From the IMG/VR virus record IMGVR_UViG_3300032216_001376, positions 2,081 to 66,080 of that record: 64,000 bases of DNA. One strand, 5' to 3'. Under the pieces are notes generated by a model. It made no database searches. It was given only the letters and a program-made list of their open reading frames with translations, and was not told where the DNA came from. The DNA comes from a virus (lineage: Duplodnaviria; Caudoviricetes). The position numbers and the translations under genes were made by a program. This document shows, piece by piece, positions 28,247-35,739 of this stretch. Position 1 is the stretch's first letter. Every line of letters begins with the position of its first letter.

Positions 28247-29690
28247 ATTGTGCGTAAGGGTTTGAAAATTTTCTGTTTAGCTGGTCGTCAATGTAAGAGT
28301 AGTCCCTAGCCGGCAGTGGGTCTAACTGGATCCAGCCTGAGTCTCTAAGCACCCGCAAGGCTTGTGATAGTGAGTCCACGTAGTCGTCATGTCCTTTGGC
28401 CTCAGGAAACGAGCACACTTGCCGAATAAATCTTTTGGACCAGTGGGCAAATTCGCCTTTTTGTGTTGGCTCTTCTGGTATGAACACTTTGCCCTTGGCC
28501 ACAATTGGCGCGACAATGTTGATACGCTGGACCTTATCGGCACGTCCCGGGTTGTAGCCGCGCACTGGTACGCCTGCGCCTTGTAGCTCTTGAATGAGTG
28601 AGATACCGGCGGATTTGTCCTCCATGAGCAGTAAGTCAGCCTTACGGCCCTTGGCAAACGTGTTGTCCGCGCCGTACACCACCTCCTTAAAGTCGTTGAT
28701 TACTTTACGTCTAAGCTCTGGGTACGCCAAGTGGGCATCCCACGAGTCTAAAAGAATGATGGCCGTGCCGGCGTCTTCTTGTTCAAACACACCCCAGACC
28801 GTGCAGGCCGTCGGATCGTTGACTGTTTTTTCACTGGTGGCTGGATCGTACGAGGCAATCACGTACTCTAGATTGGGTGTTGGCTTATTGGCTGGCCACA
28901 TGCGAAACTGTTTACGTTTAATAATTCCCGCCTCTTCGGGGTCAAGAATCTCCCCATAAATTTCTTGGCGTCCTAGGTTAGTGCCGTCGTAAGACTCGAG
29001 CTGTTTGAAAAATGTGTCCGACAAGTTGGCGCGGTTGTCGTACGAGCTAGCGCTGGCCACGTACACGTCGCCGCCAACCTTGCCCTCGTTTAAGTCAACT
29101 ATTAATTCCAGTGGCTTGGGGGTTGTGGTGATAATCTGTTGCACGCGCGGTATGCGCGGGTCTGTAAGACGCAACGTAAACTGTGCCTGATCGTACGCGT
29201 CGTCGATGTACTCAAAGGCGCACAGCTCGTCAAACCACGCGCCATGGTATTGCTTACCGCGGTAACGTTCTGGCTCCGAGCCAGGTATGCCCTGAATCAG
29301 CGAGCCGTTGATGAGTGTGATTTCCAGTAAAGACTTGTTGTAGTCGCGGATAATCGATCGAGGCAGGATGTTTAGTAGCCCTGAGTCGCCCTCAAAGCAT
29401 GTCGCGCGTATGTCGTTTGTTGTTGGCGCGGTGACTAGCCACCGGGTCTTGTCAAACTTCCACGCACGCTCGCCAATCCAATTGGACGCGGTCCACGTCT
29501 TACCGGCACCTCGACCAGCAAGCATTAAAAAAGTGTCGTACTCGCCATCTTCCGGCTCTTTTTGGTGTGGCAATGCTGATAGCTGGTACTTAACCATCCA
29601 CATAGCACCCTCTACCTCAGACTTAGGAAGGTCTTTGTACTTGTTTGCAAATTCTGCTAGAATTTTTTCTTGTATTGCTGTTAACGACAT
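28245..29690 (-). CDS. terL: Terminase large subunit
   Basis: Walker A LAGRGAGKT, Walker B WFDEL, TTTPKP motif C, nuclease YDPA...D.TAC and HDDYVDS.SQA. Confidence 0.95.
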   Translation of the reverse strand: MSLTAIQEKILAEFANKYKDLPKSEVEGAMWMVKYQLSALPHQKEPEDGEYDTFLMLAGRGAGKTWTASNWIGERAWKFDKTRWLVTAPTTNDIRATCFEGDSGLLNILPRSIIRDYNKSLLEITLINGSLIQGIPGSEPERYRGKQYHGAWFDELCAFEYIDDAYDQAQFTLRLTDPRIPRVQQIITTTPKPLELIVDLNEGKVGGDVYVASASSYDNRANLSDTFFKQLESYDGTNLGRQEIYGEILDPEEAGIIKRKQFRMWPANKPTPNLEYVIASYDPATSEKTVNDPTACTVWGVFEQEDAGTAIILLDSWDAHLAYPELRRKVINDFKEVVYGADNTFAKGRKADLLLMEDKSAGISLIQELQGAGVPVRGYNPGRADKVQRINIVAPIVAKGKVFIPEEPTQKGEFAHWSKRFIRQVCSFPEAKGHDDYVDSLSQALRVLRDSGWIQLDPLPARDYSYIDDQLNRKFSNPYAQ

Positions 29691-30670
29691 GTGATAAACC
29701 CTTCACCTACTAAAAATGAGCCATCCGGCCCGTTGGTTTCAATGTGTACACATTGATGTGTGCCAATCTCTTCAATCTTTGTAATGTACCTACGCGTTTG
29801 GTGTATGCGTATCGGTGGTGATTCTTGATGCTCACATAATTTGTAACGACTTTTAAAGCTAATGGTGTAAGACTTGATGTATTCTTGTGAATGGATGGTT
29901 GTCTTGCAACCAATTGACTCAATCAGCGCCTGTAGCTGCCTAACTCTTAGCCAATTAGCACAACCAATCTTAAAACGATCTATTTTTTTATGGTACTGCC
30001 TGATTCTGCCATTAATAATGCCACTTAGGAGCTCAATTCGTTGCTCCTGGCTGGCTAAAAGGTAGTTATTGGGTATTTGTGGGGGTATAAATGGGTATAG
30101 CTGCGACTCGACGCTTGGCTCCAGGCTAAAAATGTGTGCGCTGTCGTGTCTTTTTGATAATTTAATAACCTTGTAGCCAAAATCTTTTAATTTTTGCGTC
30201 GTTTCTTTAAAGTTTATGTCTTTTAGTGCAAAAACGTTATTCTTTAGTCGGTTCCAGTACCAAAAGCCAAAGACAAACGGCGGAACTGGCAAGTCTTGGT
30301 GCGGTAACTTGAGCGGTTCGCAGGTTGGGATTGAAAAAAATAGCTTGTTGCCCTTGTAGCGCAGTGGTTTTTCAAGCAACTCAAGCACGGACAGCTTTAG
30401 TAGGGGCCGCCTAAACTCTTTTTTGCCCTTGTACTCCAGCGACCTGATCCTGTACTTGGGAGTTTCCAATAAAAAACTAAGCGCGCCGTTACCGTTGACA
30501 GACATCAAATCGTCCAGGTGGATGGTGTAGCACCTAGACTCAAAGTGCTGGATGCTGGTGACCTTAACCAGGTCGCCCTTCCTGTCAAACACATAGTCTC
30601 CCACAACTACTTTATCCGCAGTCTTCCAATAATCAAGTGTTAATATCTTTTCGTTCGCTAAAATAGCCAT
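29681..30670 (-). CDS. Free-standing degenerate intein (Hint) / LAGLIDADG homing-endonuclease-like protein
   Basis: A-block-like AILANEKILTLDYWK....VGDYVFDRKG; LPVPPFVFGFW and ASQEQRIELLSGII LAGLIDADG-like helices; F/G blocks QCVHIET...FLVGEGFITCR. Confidence 0.75.
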   Translation of the reverse strand: MAILANEKILTLDYWKTADKVVVGDYVFDRKGDLVKVTSIQHFESRCYTIHLDDLMSVNGNGALSFLLETPKYRIRSLEYKGKKEFRRPLLKLSVLELLEKPLRYKGNKLFFSIPTCEPLKLPHQDLPVPPFVFGFWYWNRLKNNVFALKDINFKETTQKLKDFGYKVIKLSKRHDSAHIFSLEPSVESQLYPFIPPQIPNNYLLASQEQRIELLSGIINGRIRQYHKKIDRFKIGCANWLRVRQLQALIESIGCKTTIHSQEYIKSYTISFKSRYKLCEHQESPPIRIHQTRRYITKIEEIGTHQCVHIETNGPDGSFLVGEGFITCR

Positions 30671-30935
30671 CTGTATTTTCTAAGACCCAAAAGTCAAGGA
30701 AACGCCCTAACGGCGTTCTAATCTTATTTTGAATAGGCACAGGCAGGTTCTTCATGTTCATGTGTGAATTTACCGCCAGCCTAAACTTAATGTACTGTAA
30801 GGTGCTTCTATCAAACAACTCTGCTGGTGCGTCCACGTTATAAAAATGATACGCCGTGCACAAGATAACCCGAAATCCTGTGATTTCCTGGTTTTGATCC
30901 TCCAGTGCACCTTGTATCTGATATGCGTATTTCAT
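30633..30935 (-). CDS. First late-operon gene, hypothetical (100 aa, likely start MKYAYQI), probably leaderless
   Basis: ATG 7 nt after the promoter ATTAAT; overlaps the Hint gene. Confidence 0.6.
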   Translation of the reverse strand: MKYAYQIQGALEDQNQEITGFRVILCTAYHFYNVDAPAELFDRSTLQYIKFRLAVNSHMNMKNLPVPIQNKIRTPLGRFLDFWVLENTDGYFSERKDINT

Positions 30936-30940
30936 ACTTA

Positions 30941-30971
30941 CATTAATGCACACTTTGTTGTTTTTCCGCCG
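30941..30971 (-). promoter_or_regulatory. Phage late promoter, class A (CGGCGG-N16-GCATTAATG) heading the late operon
   Basis: Motif variant with the same 16-nt spacer. Confidence 0.65.
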
Positions 30972-30981
30972 TTGTATTCCA

Positions 30982-31092
30982 ATTTGTACCACTAGTACCA
31001 CTTGTACGACGTTTTTGACCTTACCCCCAGTATATTTATTTTATTTTTTTAAAAATAATAAAAAGAATAAAAGAGTAGTACTAGTGGTACAA
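30982..31092. repeat. Inverted repeat copy 1 (quasi-palindromic, AT-rich core; ori/pac-like)
   Basis: Near-identical to the reverse complement of 38017-38137; ends TTGTACCACTAGTAC ... GTACTAGTGGTACAA. Confidence 0.85.
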
Positions 31093-31451
31093 CCCAGACA
31101 AATATCAAGGACTTACAGAAGTCACTAAGGGTTTACCCTAAGTAAACCTTATAGAATTTCCCAAAAAAAAAAATTTAAAAGTCACTTTTTTGCACAAACA
31201 CTGGAAAATTATACGAGCTACTGATCTGTGGGGCCCCCGGCCCCGGCCCGCCGGACAGGACCCGTTAAGGGTGTGTGGTTTATAAACAACACCCCCCGAA
31301 GTGAGCACTCACACACATAGGCACAATGTAAGTAAGCGCTCACTGGGGCGGTGCGCTATGTAAGTAAGCGCTCACTGGGGCGGTGCGTTAAGTGAGCACT
31401 TACACACATAGTCTAGGCGCCCTACAGACTTAACTAGCACCAAGCGCAGAT

Positions 31452-31470
31452 GAGAATGATTCTCATTCGC
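31452..31470. promoter_or_regulatory. Fur-box-like site 1 (GAGAATGATTCTCATTCGC)
   Basis: 14/19 match to GATAATGATAATCATTATC. Confidence 0.45.
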
Positions 31471-31614
31471 AATCAGCCTCGGCGCCCACTCTGTCCCTCA
31501 CTGTATGTTAGTGCACACTGACTTAGTGGCAAACGGGCCCACTCTGTCCCTCACTGTTAGTGTGCGCTTACTGACTTACTGGCCACTCTGTCCCCCTGCG
31601 CACCGAGCCTAGAT

Positions 31615-31633
31615 GAGAATGATTATCATTACG
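31615..31633. promoter_or_regulatory. Fur-box-like site 2 (GAGAATGATTATCATTACG)
   Basis: 15/19 match to the Fur consensus; same AGATGAGAATGATT prefix as site 1. Confidence 0.45.
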
Positions 31634-31983
31634 GTCTGATAGGCCATGCGGGCGCGACGGACACGGTGCGGTGGGCGCCCCAACATGGCTAATAACATCT
31701 TCCACAATTACCCACGATATCCCACTGTTGCACGCCCACAACATGGCATTTAAACGCCAATAGAGGGGGCTACAAGGCGTTTAATTCTTGTCTGAGGCGT
31801 CTGCACTAGACCCGATAAGATAACGCAACACAGAGCGTTCTGAGAGGCAGGCCTGCGAGCCTTATAGAACAAGCGTGTCAAGTGAAATATTTATGACAAT
31901 TGGGGCGAATTGTGTAACATATGTGTAATCATTTCACGATGTGATAAAGTCCAATTATTTTGCATAACCTAGGGTTTACCCCA

Positions 31984-32012
31984 ATGACAGACGCCAAAAA
32001 TGCGAGGAGAAT
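31984..32012 (+). promoter_or_regulatory. Host sigma70-type early promoter (ATGACA-N17-GAGAAT)
   Basis: Canonical spacing; preceded by TAGGGTTTACCC; upstream of the first early gene. Confidence 0.55.
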
Positions 32013-32120
32013 AGTAGTTATTGGAGGGGCGGTGCTAATCACCGCAAGTGGCGAGTTAAAGTACCTACCACTGTAAACATGAGGCAAGCCTAGAGGATGG
32101 AAACGCTCTAGAAGACCTAA

Positions 32121-32172
32121 AGGGTCTACTGGTTATGTACCAGTACTGACGAGCACGTAAGTGCGAAACCCT
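32121..32172 (+). ncRNA. Hammerhead ribozyme, type III
   Basis: AGGGT-C | TACTGGT-tatgt-ACCAGTA | CTGACGA | GCAC-gtaa-GTGC | GAA-ACCCT: full core and three stems; predicted cut after C32126. Confidence 0.9.
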
Positions 32173-32191
32173 AACATAAAGGATATATACC

Positions 32192-32446
32192 ATGGCAAAC
32201 TTTACATTCTTAAAATTAATTGACTCACACAAAGTAGTTCCACTTGCATTACTGCCTGAGAAACTAGGCGACGATGTATATACGTGGCAAGTAGGTGATA
32301 CAGACGTTTTAGAGTACAACACAAAGACAAAGCAGTTTAAGTATGAAATATATGATTTCATCGACGACGATTACCAATTGGTTAAAACACTTGACCATAA
32401 AGACGCACAGTTAATCGCATATGCTGAGAACATTATTTACCAGTAA
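32192..32446 (+). CDS. Early hypothetical protein (84 aa)
   Basis: AAAGGA RBS; first ORF after hammerhead 1. Confidence 0.7.
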   Translation: MANFTFLKLIDSHKVVPLALLPEKLGDDVYTWQVGDTDVLEYNTKTKQFKYEIYDFIDDDYQLVKTLDHKDAQLIAYAENIIYQ

Positions 32447-32449
32447 ACA

Positions 32450-32503
32450 AGTCGAAACAGCCGTCGAGGCTGTCTGAGCGTAAGGCGCTCACTGATGATG
32501 ACT
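32450..32503 (+). ncRNA. Hammerhead ribozyme, type II
   Basis: AGTC-GAA-ACAGCC-gtcga-GGCTGT-C-TGAGCG-taagg-CGCTCA-CTGATGA-T-GACT; predicted cut after C32474. Confidence 0.85.
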
Positions 32504-32523
32504 AACAACCTGAAAGGATTACC

Positions 32524-32742
32524 ATGTTACCAAAGCAATTACTTAGAGATAAGACCGTCATGGACATGATGTTAAAGATAACCACAGACGACTTAAAAGA
32601 ATACGCCAACACAACAGACAAACAAGTGTTCGTCACGGACTTGTTTGACTGCTCAATTAGTGACAGGTTCATTAACGTATACGAGCAGATAGTCATTGAC
32701 TTGTGCAACGCCAACAACATAACCATCGATTGGAAAGACTAA
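32524..32742 (+). CDS. Early hypothetical protein (72 aa)
   Basis: GAAAGGA RBS right after hammerhead 2. Confidence 0.7.
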   Translation: MLPKQLLRDKTVMDMMLKITTDDLKEYANTTDKQVFVTDLFDCSISDRFINVYEQIVIDLCNANNITIDWKD

Positions 32743-32743
32743 T

Positions 32744-32890
32744 ATGAAAGTTAAAGACCTAATCGAGCAGTTAAAAGACTGCGACCAAGAGCAGTACGTT
32801 TTCCTTTATATTGACGGTAACCGATACAGTGCCGACATGGTCGACGAGTTGGACGACTGTGTGGATATCAACACTCATGCTGAAAGGTAA
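32744..32890 (+). CDS. Early hypothetical protein (48 aa, MKVKDLIEQLKDCD...)
   Basis: Manually translated; MKV.DLI..L N-terminus common in phage early genes. Confidence 0.65.
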   Translation: MKVKDLIEQLKDCDQEQYVFLYIDGNRYSADMVDELDDCVDINTHAER

Positions 32891-32894
32891 TAAT

Positions 32895-33104
32895 ATGAAA
32901 TACAAATTAAACATTAAACGTGATGTGGACATTTCGAGCGATTATTTCGGTAATACAGATTACATTTTAAATACGCCGGCCGGTTTTCGTATTAATGACT
33001 CTGATATTTATCATATTAGGGGGTTTGACTCACTGGCTGACTTAAGAAAGTATGTTAAAGAAGGAAATGTTATTTCTTGCAATTGTGAGGGGTGCACAAA
33101 ATAA
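32895..33104 (+). CDS. Early hypothetical protein (69 aa, MKYKLNIKRD...)
   Basis: GAAAGG RBS; ends C.C..C. Confidence 0.65.
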   Translation: MKYKLNIKRDVDISSDYFGNTDYILNTPAGFRINDSDIYHIRGFDSLADLRKYVKEGNVISCNCEGCTK

Positions 33105-33107
33105 CCA

Positions 33108-33160
33108 AGTCGAAACAGCCGGCCGGCTGTCTGCACGTGAGGCGTGCACTGATGATGACT
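33108..33160 (+). ncRNA. Hammerhead ribozyme, type II
   Basis: AGTC-GAA-ACAGCC-ggcc-GGCTGT-C-TGCACG-tgagg-CGTGCA-CTGATGA-T-GACT; stem I covaries with the 32450 copy; cut after C33131. Confidence 0.85.
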
Positions 33161-33180
33161 AACAACCTGAAAGGATTACT

Positions 33181-33315
33181 ATGTACACACTATATAAAAC
33201 TACAAGCATTAACGAGCCGTTTAGAGAAGAGAAGTTTGCCACAATAGAAGAGGCCGTCGAAGAGGCCGGCTACTTGTTAGAGATGGGCTACATCGTACAA
33301 ATACTAGAGGACTAA
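33181..33315 (+). CDS. Early hypothetical protein (44 aa)
   Basis: Manually translated; same RBS cassette as 32524. Confidence 0.65.
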   Translation: MYTLYKTTSINEPFREEKFATIEEAVEEAGYLLEMGYIVQILED

Positions 33316-33316
33316 T

Positions 33317-33565
33317 ATGAATACTAGACGATTACAACAGGCCGTAGACATTATCAAAGAGCGTTGCAAGCACGACCTGTATGCGGACGGGGACGTTTGG
33401 TACTTTCTCAATAATTACTCAGTCAACATCCACGACAACGAGGGCGAGGACGTGTTTGTCGTCAACGTGTACCCGTACGACAGGGATACAGGCATCACGG
33501 ACTACAGTGTGCAGATAGACCTAGAGCCGTTCAATAAACAGTTTGAATTAATTTTTGAGAACTAA
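33317..33565 (+). CDS. Early hypothetical protein (82 aa)
   Basis: GAGG RBS; compact spacing. Confidence 0.65.
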   Translation: MNTRRLQQAVDIIKERCKHDLYADGDVWYFLNNYSVNIHDNEGEDVFVVNVYPYDRDTGITDYSVQIDLEPFNKQFELIFEN

Positions 33566-33578
33566 GGGTTTCCCCTAA

Positions 33579-33607
33579 TTCACAAACCCGAAATAACCCA
33601 CGACAAT
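33579..33607 (+). promoter_or_regulatory. Host sigma70-type early promoter (TTCACA-N17-GACAAT)
   Basis: Canonical spacing; preceded by TAAGGGTTTCCCCTA. Confidence 0.55.
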
Positions 33608-33638
33608 AGATACATCTAAACAACAAAGGAAATACACC

Positions 33639-33929
33639 ATGATTACAAGATTTGACCCACTAGCAAAAGCAAGACAAGAAGAGCACGAGCGTGCCGAGGC
33701 TTGTTATGAGCGTGTAATGAGTGCTGAAGCCCACGAGGCAGTAAGTTTGCCTTACAGTTTTGAGACGGTTCCAATGAATTACCGTGCGCCTACGCCACGT
33801 CTTTCGGACGAGCAAAAAGAAGAGCAAAGACGCAAGTCTCTTGCTATCAAAAAGGCAAACGGCGACCTTTTCAGGTCTATTTGTAAGGACTTAGGGATTG
33901 AACTATTAAGTGACGAGGAGATTCAATAA
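33639..33929 (+). CDS. Early hypothetical protein (96 aa)
   Basis: AAAGGA RBS. Confidence 0.65.
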   Translation: MITRFDPLAKARQEEHERAEACYERVMSAEAHEAVSLPYSFETVPMNYRAPTPRLSDEQKEEQRRKSLAIKKANGDLFRSICKDLGIELLSDEEIQ

Positions 33930-34063
33930 TGTTTTACATCATGCTAGGCGGTTCAATAGTCGCACGGTTTTATAACGAGTCACAGGCACAAGCCTACCTT
34001 GCCGGCATAAGCGCCGAAGAGTTGTCGGTTTGGGATTATCGCATCGCAGTACAACCCTATTAA
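33929..34063 (+). CDS. Early hypothetical protein (44 aa)
   Basis: Manually translated; TAATG coupling. Confidence 0.55.
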   Translation: MFYIMLGGSIVARFYNESQAQAYLAGISAEELSVWDYRIAVQPY

Positions 34064-34078
34064 CTGAAAGGATACACA

Positions 34079-34213
34079 ATGGACTATGAGTACTTAGTTG
34101 TATACGTTGACAAGAGCGGTGAACAGGTATCAATACCGTTTTACAATTTAAAGCACGCAAAGAAGTACGCCAAGGTAACAGGCGGTTTAATCATCGACAT
34201 TAGGAGAAATTAA
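34079..34213 (+). CDS. Early hypothetical protein (44 aa)
   Basis: Manually translated; GAAAGGA RBS. Confidence 0.6.
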   Translation: MDYEYLVVYVDKSGEQVSIPFYNLKHAKKYAKVTGGLIIDIRRN

Positions 34214-34214
34214 C

Positions 34215-34589
34215 ATGGCACTACTAGACATACAGCCGGAAGTAAACCCAATCGAGTACACGCACTTTGACAGTTGGTTTGAGTACGAGGAGGGCGACGA
34301 GGAGGACGGCCACTACATGGACGCAGAGGACGCAACGCCTCAGCAGTTGTCGGACCAAGCCAACGACATCTTAGACTCGTGGGAGGATACACTCAGCATT
34401 AAAATCGACAGGGAGGGCTTGGACTTTAGCACGTGGGACGCAGTGTACGATTCATTTGGCACGGTTGCATTTCAAGTCGCTGAGGCTGGGTACGACGTGT
34501 ACGTGTCCGACGAACAGGGCTTTATTGAGGTGTACAAAGAAGTAGAACCAACATTTATTATTCACAAGGGAGAAGCATATGGCATCTAA
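34215..34589 (+). CDS. Highly acidic early protein (124 aa), possible DNA mimic
   Basis: 32 D/E versus 4 K/R by hand count; AGGAG RBS. Confidence 0.6.
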   Translation: MALLDIQPEVNPIEYTHFDSWFEYEEGDEEDGHYMDAEDATPQQLSDQANDILDSWEDTLSIKIDREGLDFSTWDAVYDSFGTVAFQVAEAGYDVYVSDEQGFIEVYKEVEPTFIIHKGEAYGI

Positions 34590-34794
34590 ATTTGAGGTAC
34601 AGACAGAGTTTTTGTACGGGTGGGAGAACGTATGGACGGACGAACGGGGCAACCCAACAACGTACGACACCAAGGAAGAGGCGGAGAAAGAACTCGAAGA
34701 GTTTATTGCCTGCACCCTTGTGGACTTCCAAAACGGTGACCTAGAGGAGCCGTACGACATAGAGCAGTACAGAATCGTCGAGGTGGCACAATGA
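34579..34794 (+). CDS. Acidic early hypothetical protein (71 aa)
   Basis: FEVQT....GWEN.W..E...P.T..T.EEAE.EL motif. Confidence 0.65.
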   Translation: MASKFEVQTEFLYGWENVWTDERGNPTTYDTKEEAEKELEEFIACTLVDFQNGDLEEPYDIEQYRIVEVAQ

Positions 34795-35000
34795 AAAACA
34801 CGTACATTGACGAAGAGGTAGCCATCGAGGTGGGGTGGCAGTTGGACCATTTGCTGCAAGGTCACCCAAGGGCGAGCGCAAGGCACCTAATATGTCAAAT
34901 CGCTGAAGGCATCATTGCACAGGGCGTAGTGAACTCAGAGACTGAGGACATCGACGAGGTTATCAACCAGTACTTAATTGAAAGCGGATACATTAAATGA
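34791..35000 (+). CDS. Early hypothetical protein (69 aa)
   Basis: ATGA coupling. Confidence 0.6.
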   Translation: MKNTYIDEEVAIEVGWQLDHLLQGHPRASARHLICQIAEGIIAQGVVNSETEDIDEVINQYLIESGYIK

Positions 35001-35293
35001 AGGCATCTATACACGACGTAAGACTCACTAACAGGGTCACCATTACATTAATTTTTAATCTTGATACAGACCAATGGATTATCATCAACGACGGCACTAG
35101 GGGCTCTATACGGGGTCGTCTGTGGCAATCAGGCGCAGACCATAGAGAGCGCACCCACCACCATTTTTGGATTGGTTCACGTGACTATGAAATGGTTATT
35201 GACCCCACTGAGGACGGCACGGCGTGGGAGACGTTTAGTTTTTTTGACATTAAGAAACAAGAGTACATACAGGGCGCAGAGGGCACAATATGA
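34997..35293 (+). CDS. Early hypothetical protein (98 aa)
   Basis: ATGA coupling. Confidence 0.55.
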   Translation: MKASIHDVRLTNRVTITLIFNLDTDQWIIINDGTRGSIRGRLWQSGADHRERTHHHFWIGSRDYEMVIDPTEDGTAWETFSFFDIKKQEYIQGAEGTI

Positions 35294-35505
35294 AAATAGC
35301 AATGAATCGAAATAGGCACGTTGAAAAGATATTGAATGAAAAAATGCCGTGCACGGGCTGTGAGCACGTCCACAGGTGCGGGCTTGACCTTAAGGCCTGT
35401 GCAGACTTTAAGAAGTACTACAACACGGGTCGGTTTGAGGCTGATACGGTGCGCAAGCCAACACGTGAGTTGTACGTAAAAATATTTTGGGACGGCAGAG
35501 ACTAG
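35290..35505 (+). CDS. Early Cys-rich (putative Zn-binding) protein (71 aa)
   Basis: PC.GC....RC.....AC..F..YY..GRF. Confidence 0.6.
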   Translation: MKIAMNRNRHVEKILNEKMPCTGCEHVHRCGLDLKACADFKKYYNTGRFEADTVRKPTRELYVKIFWDGRD

Positions 35506-35569
35506 GCTCACTTTATGAGCCACAGACCCGATACAATAGAATCTTAATAACAAAGAAAGGAATACAACC

Positions 35570-35737
35570 ATGAAAAAGTATAGAATTTATATTGAAGTAA
35601 AATCAATTATCACTAAAGATATAGAGGCGGTAAACGACCAACACGCTGAAACATTGCTCAATGATTTAGATATACAAGCCATGTACGGCAATGGTGGTCA
35701 AGCAGACGCATCTGTTTATAAAATGGAGGAAATTTAA
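35570..35737 (+). CDS. Early hypothetical protein (55 aa)
   Basis: Manually translated; GAAAGGA RBS. Confidence 0.6.
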   Translation: MKKYRIYIEVKSIITKDIEAVNDQHAETLLNDLDIQAMYGNGGQADASVYKMEEI

Positions 35738-35739
35738 TT

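Larger units (their letters stand above)
31290..31760. repeat. Mosaic of short direct repeats and palindromes in a non-coding control region
   Basis: ATGTAAGTAAGCGCTCACTGGGGCGGTGCG x2; AAGTGAGCACT(C/T)ACACACATAG x2; CCACTCTGTCCC x3; CCCAACATGGC x2. Confidence 0.8.

Noticed and set aside
28245-30670. Intein spliced within TerL, or a frameshift fusion of the Hint gene to terL
   Set aside because: The ORFs are in different frames, TerL is complete from its own ATG, the Hint ORF lacks the terminal HN, and the GGGTTTA run is not in the phase needed for a canonical -1 slip.
31290-31760. CRISPR array
   Set aside because: Repeats are of several different types, at most 2-3 copies each, without regular unique spacers; no cas genes (DUF2800 is a common phage exonuclease).
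32019-32115. Possible fourth ribozyme (twister, pistol or twister-sister) in the hairpin-rich leader before hammerhead 1
   Set aside because: GGAGGG, TAA, GCAAG and GTTAAA fragments are present, but the required P2 and pseudoknot pairings could not be built; only simple hairpins (GCGGTG/CACCGC, CTAGAG/CTCTAG) are supported.
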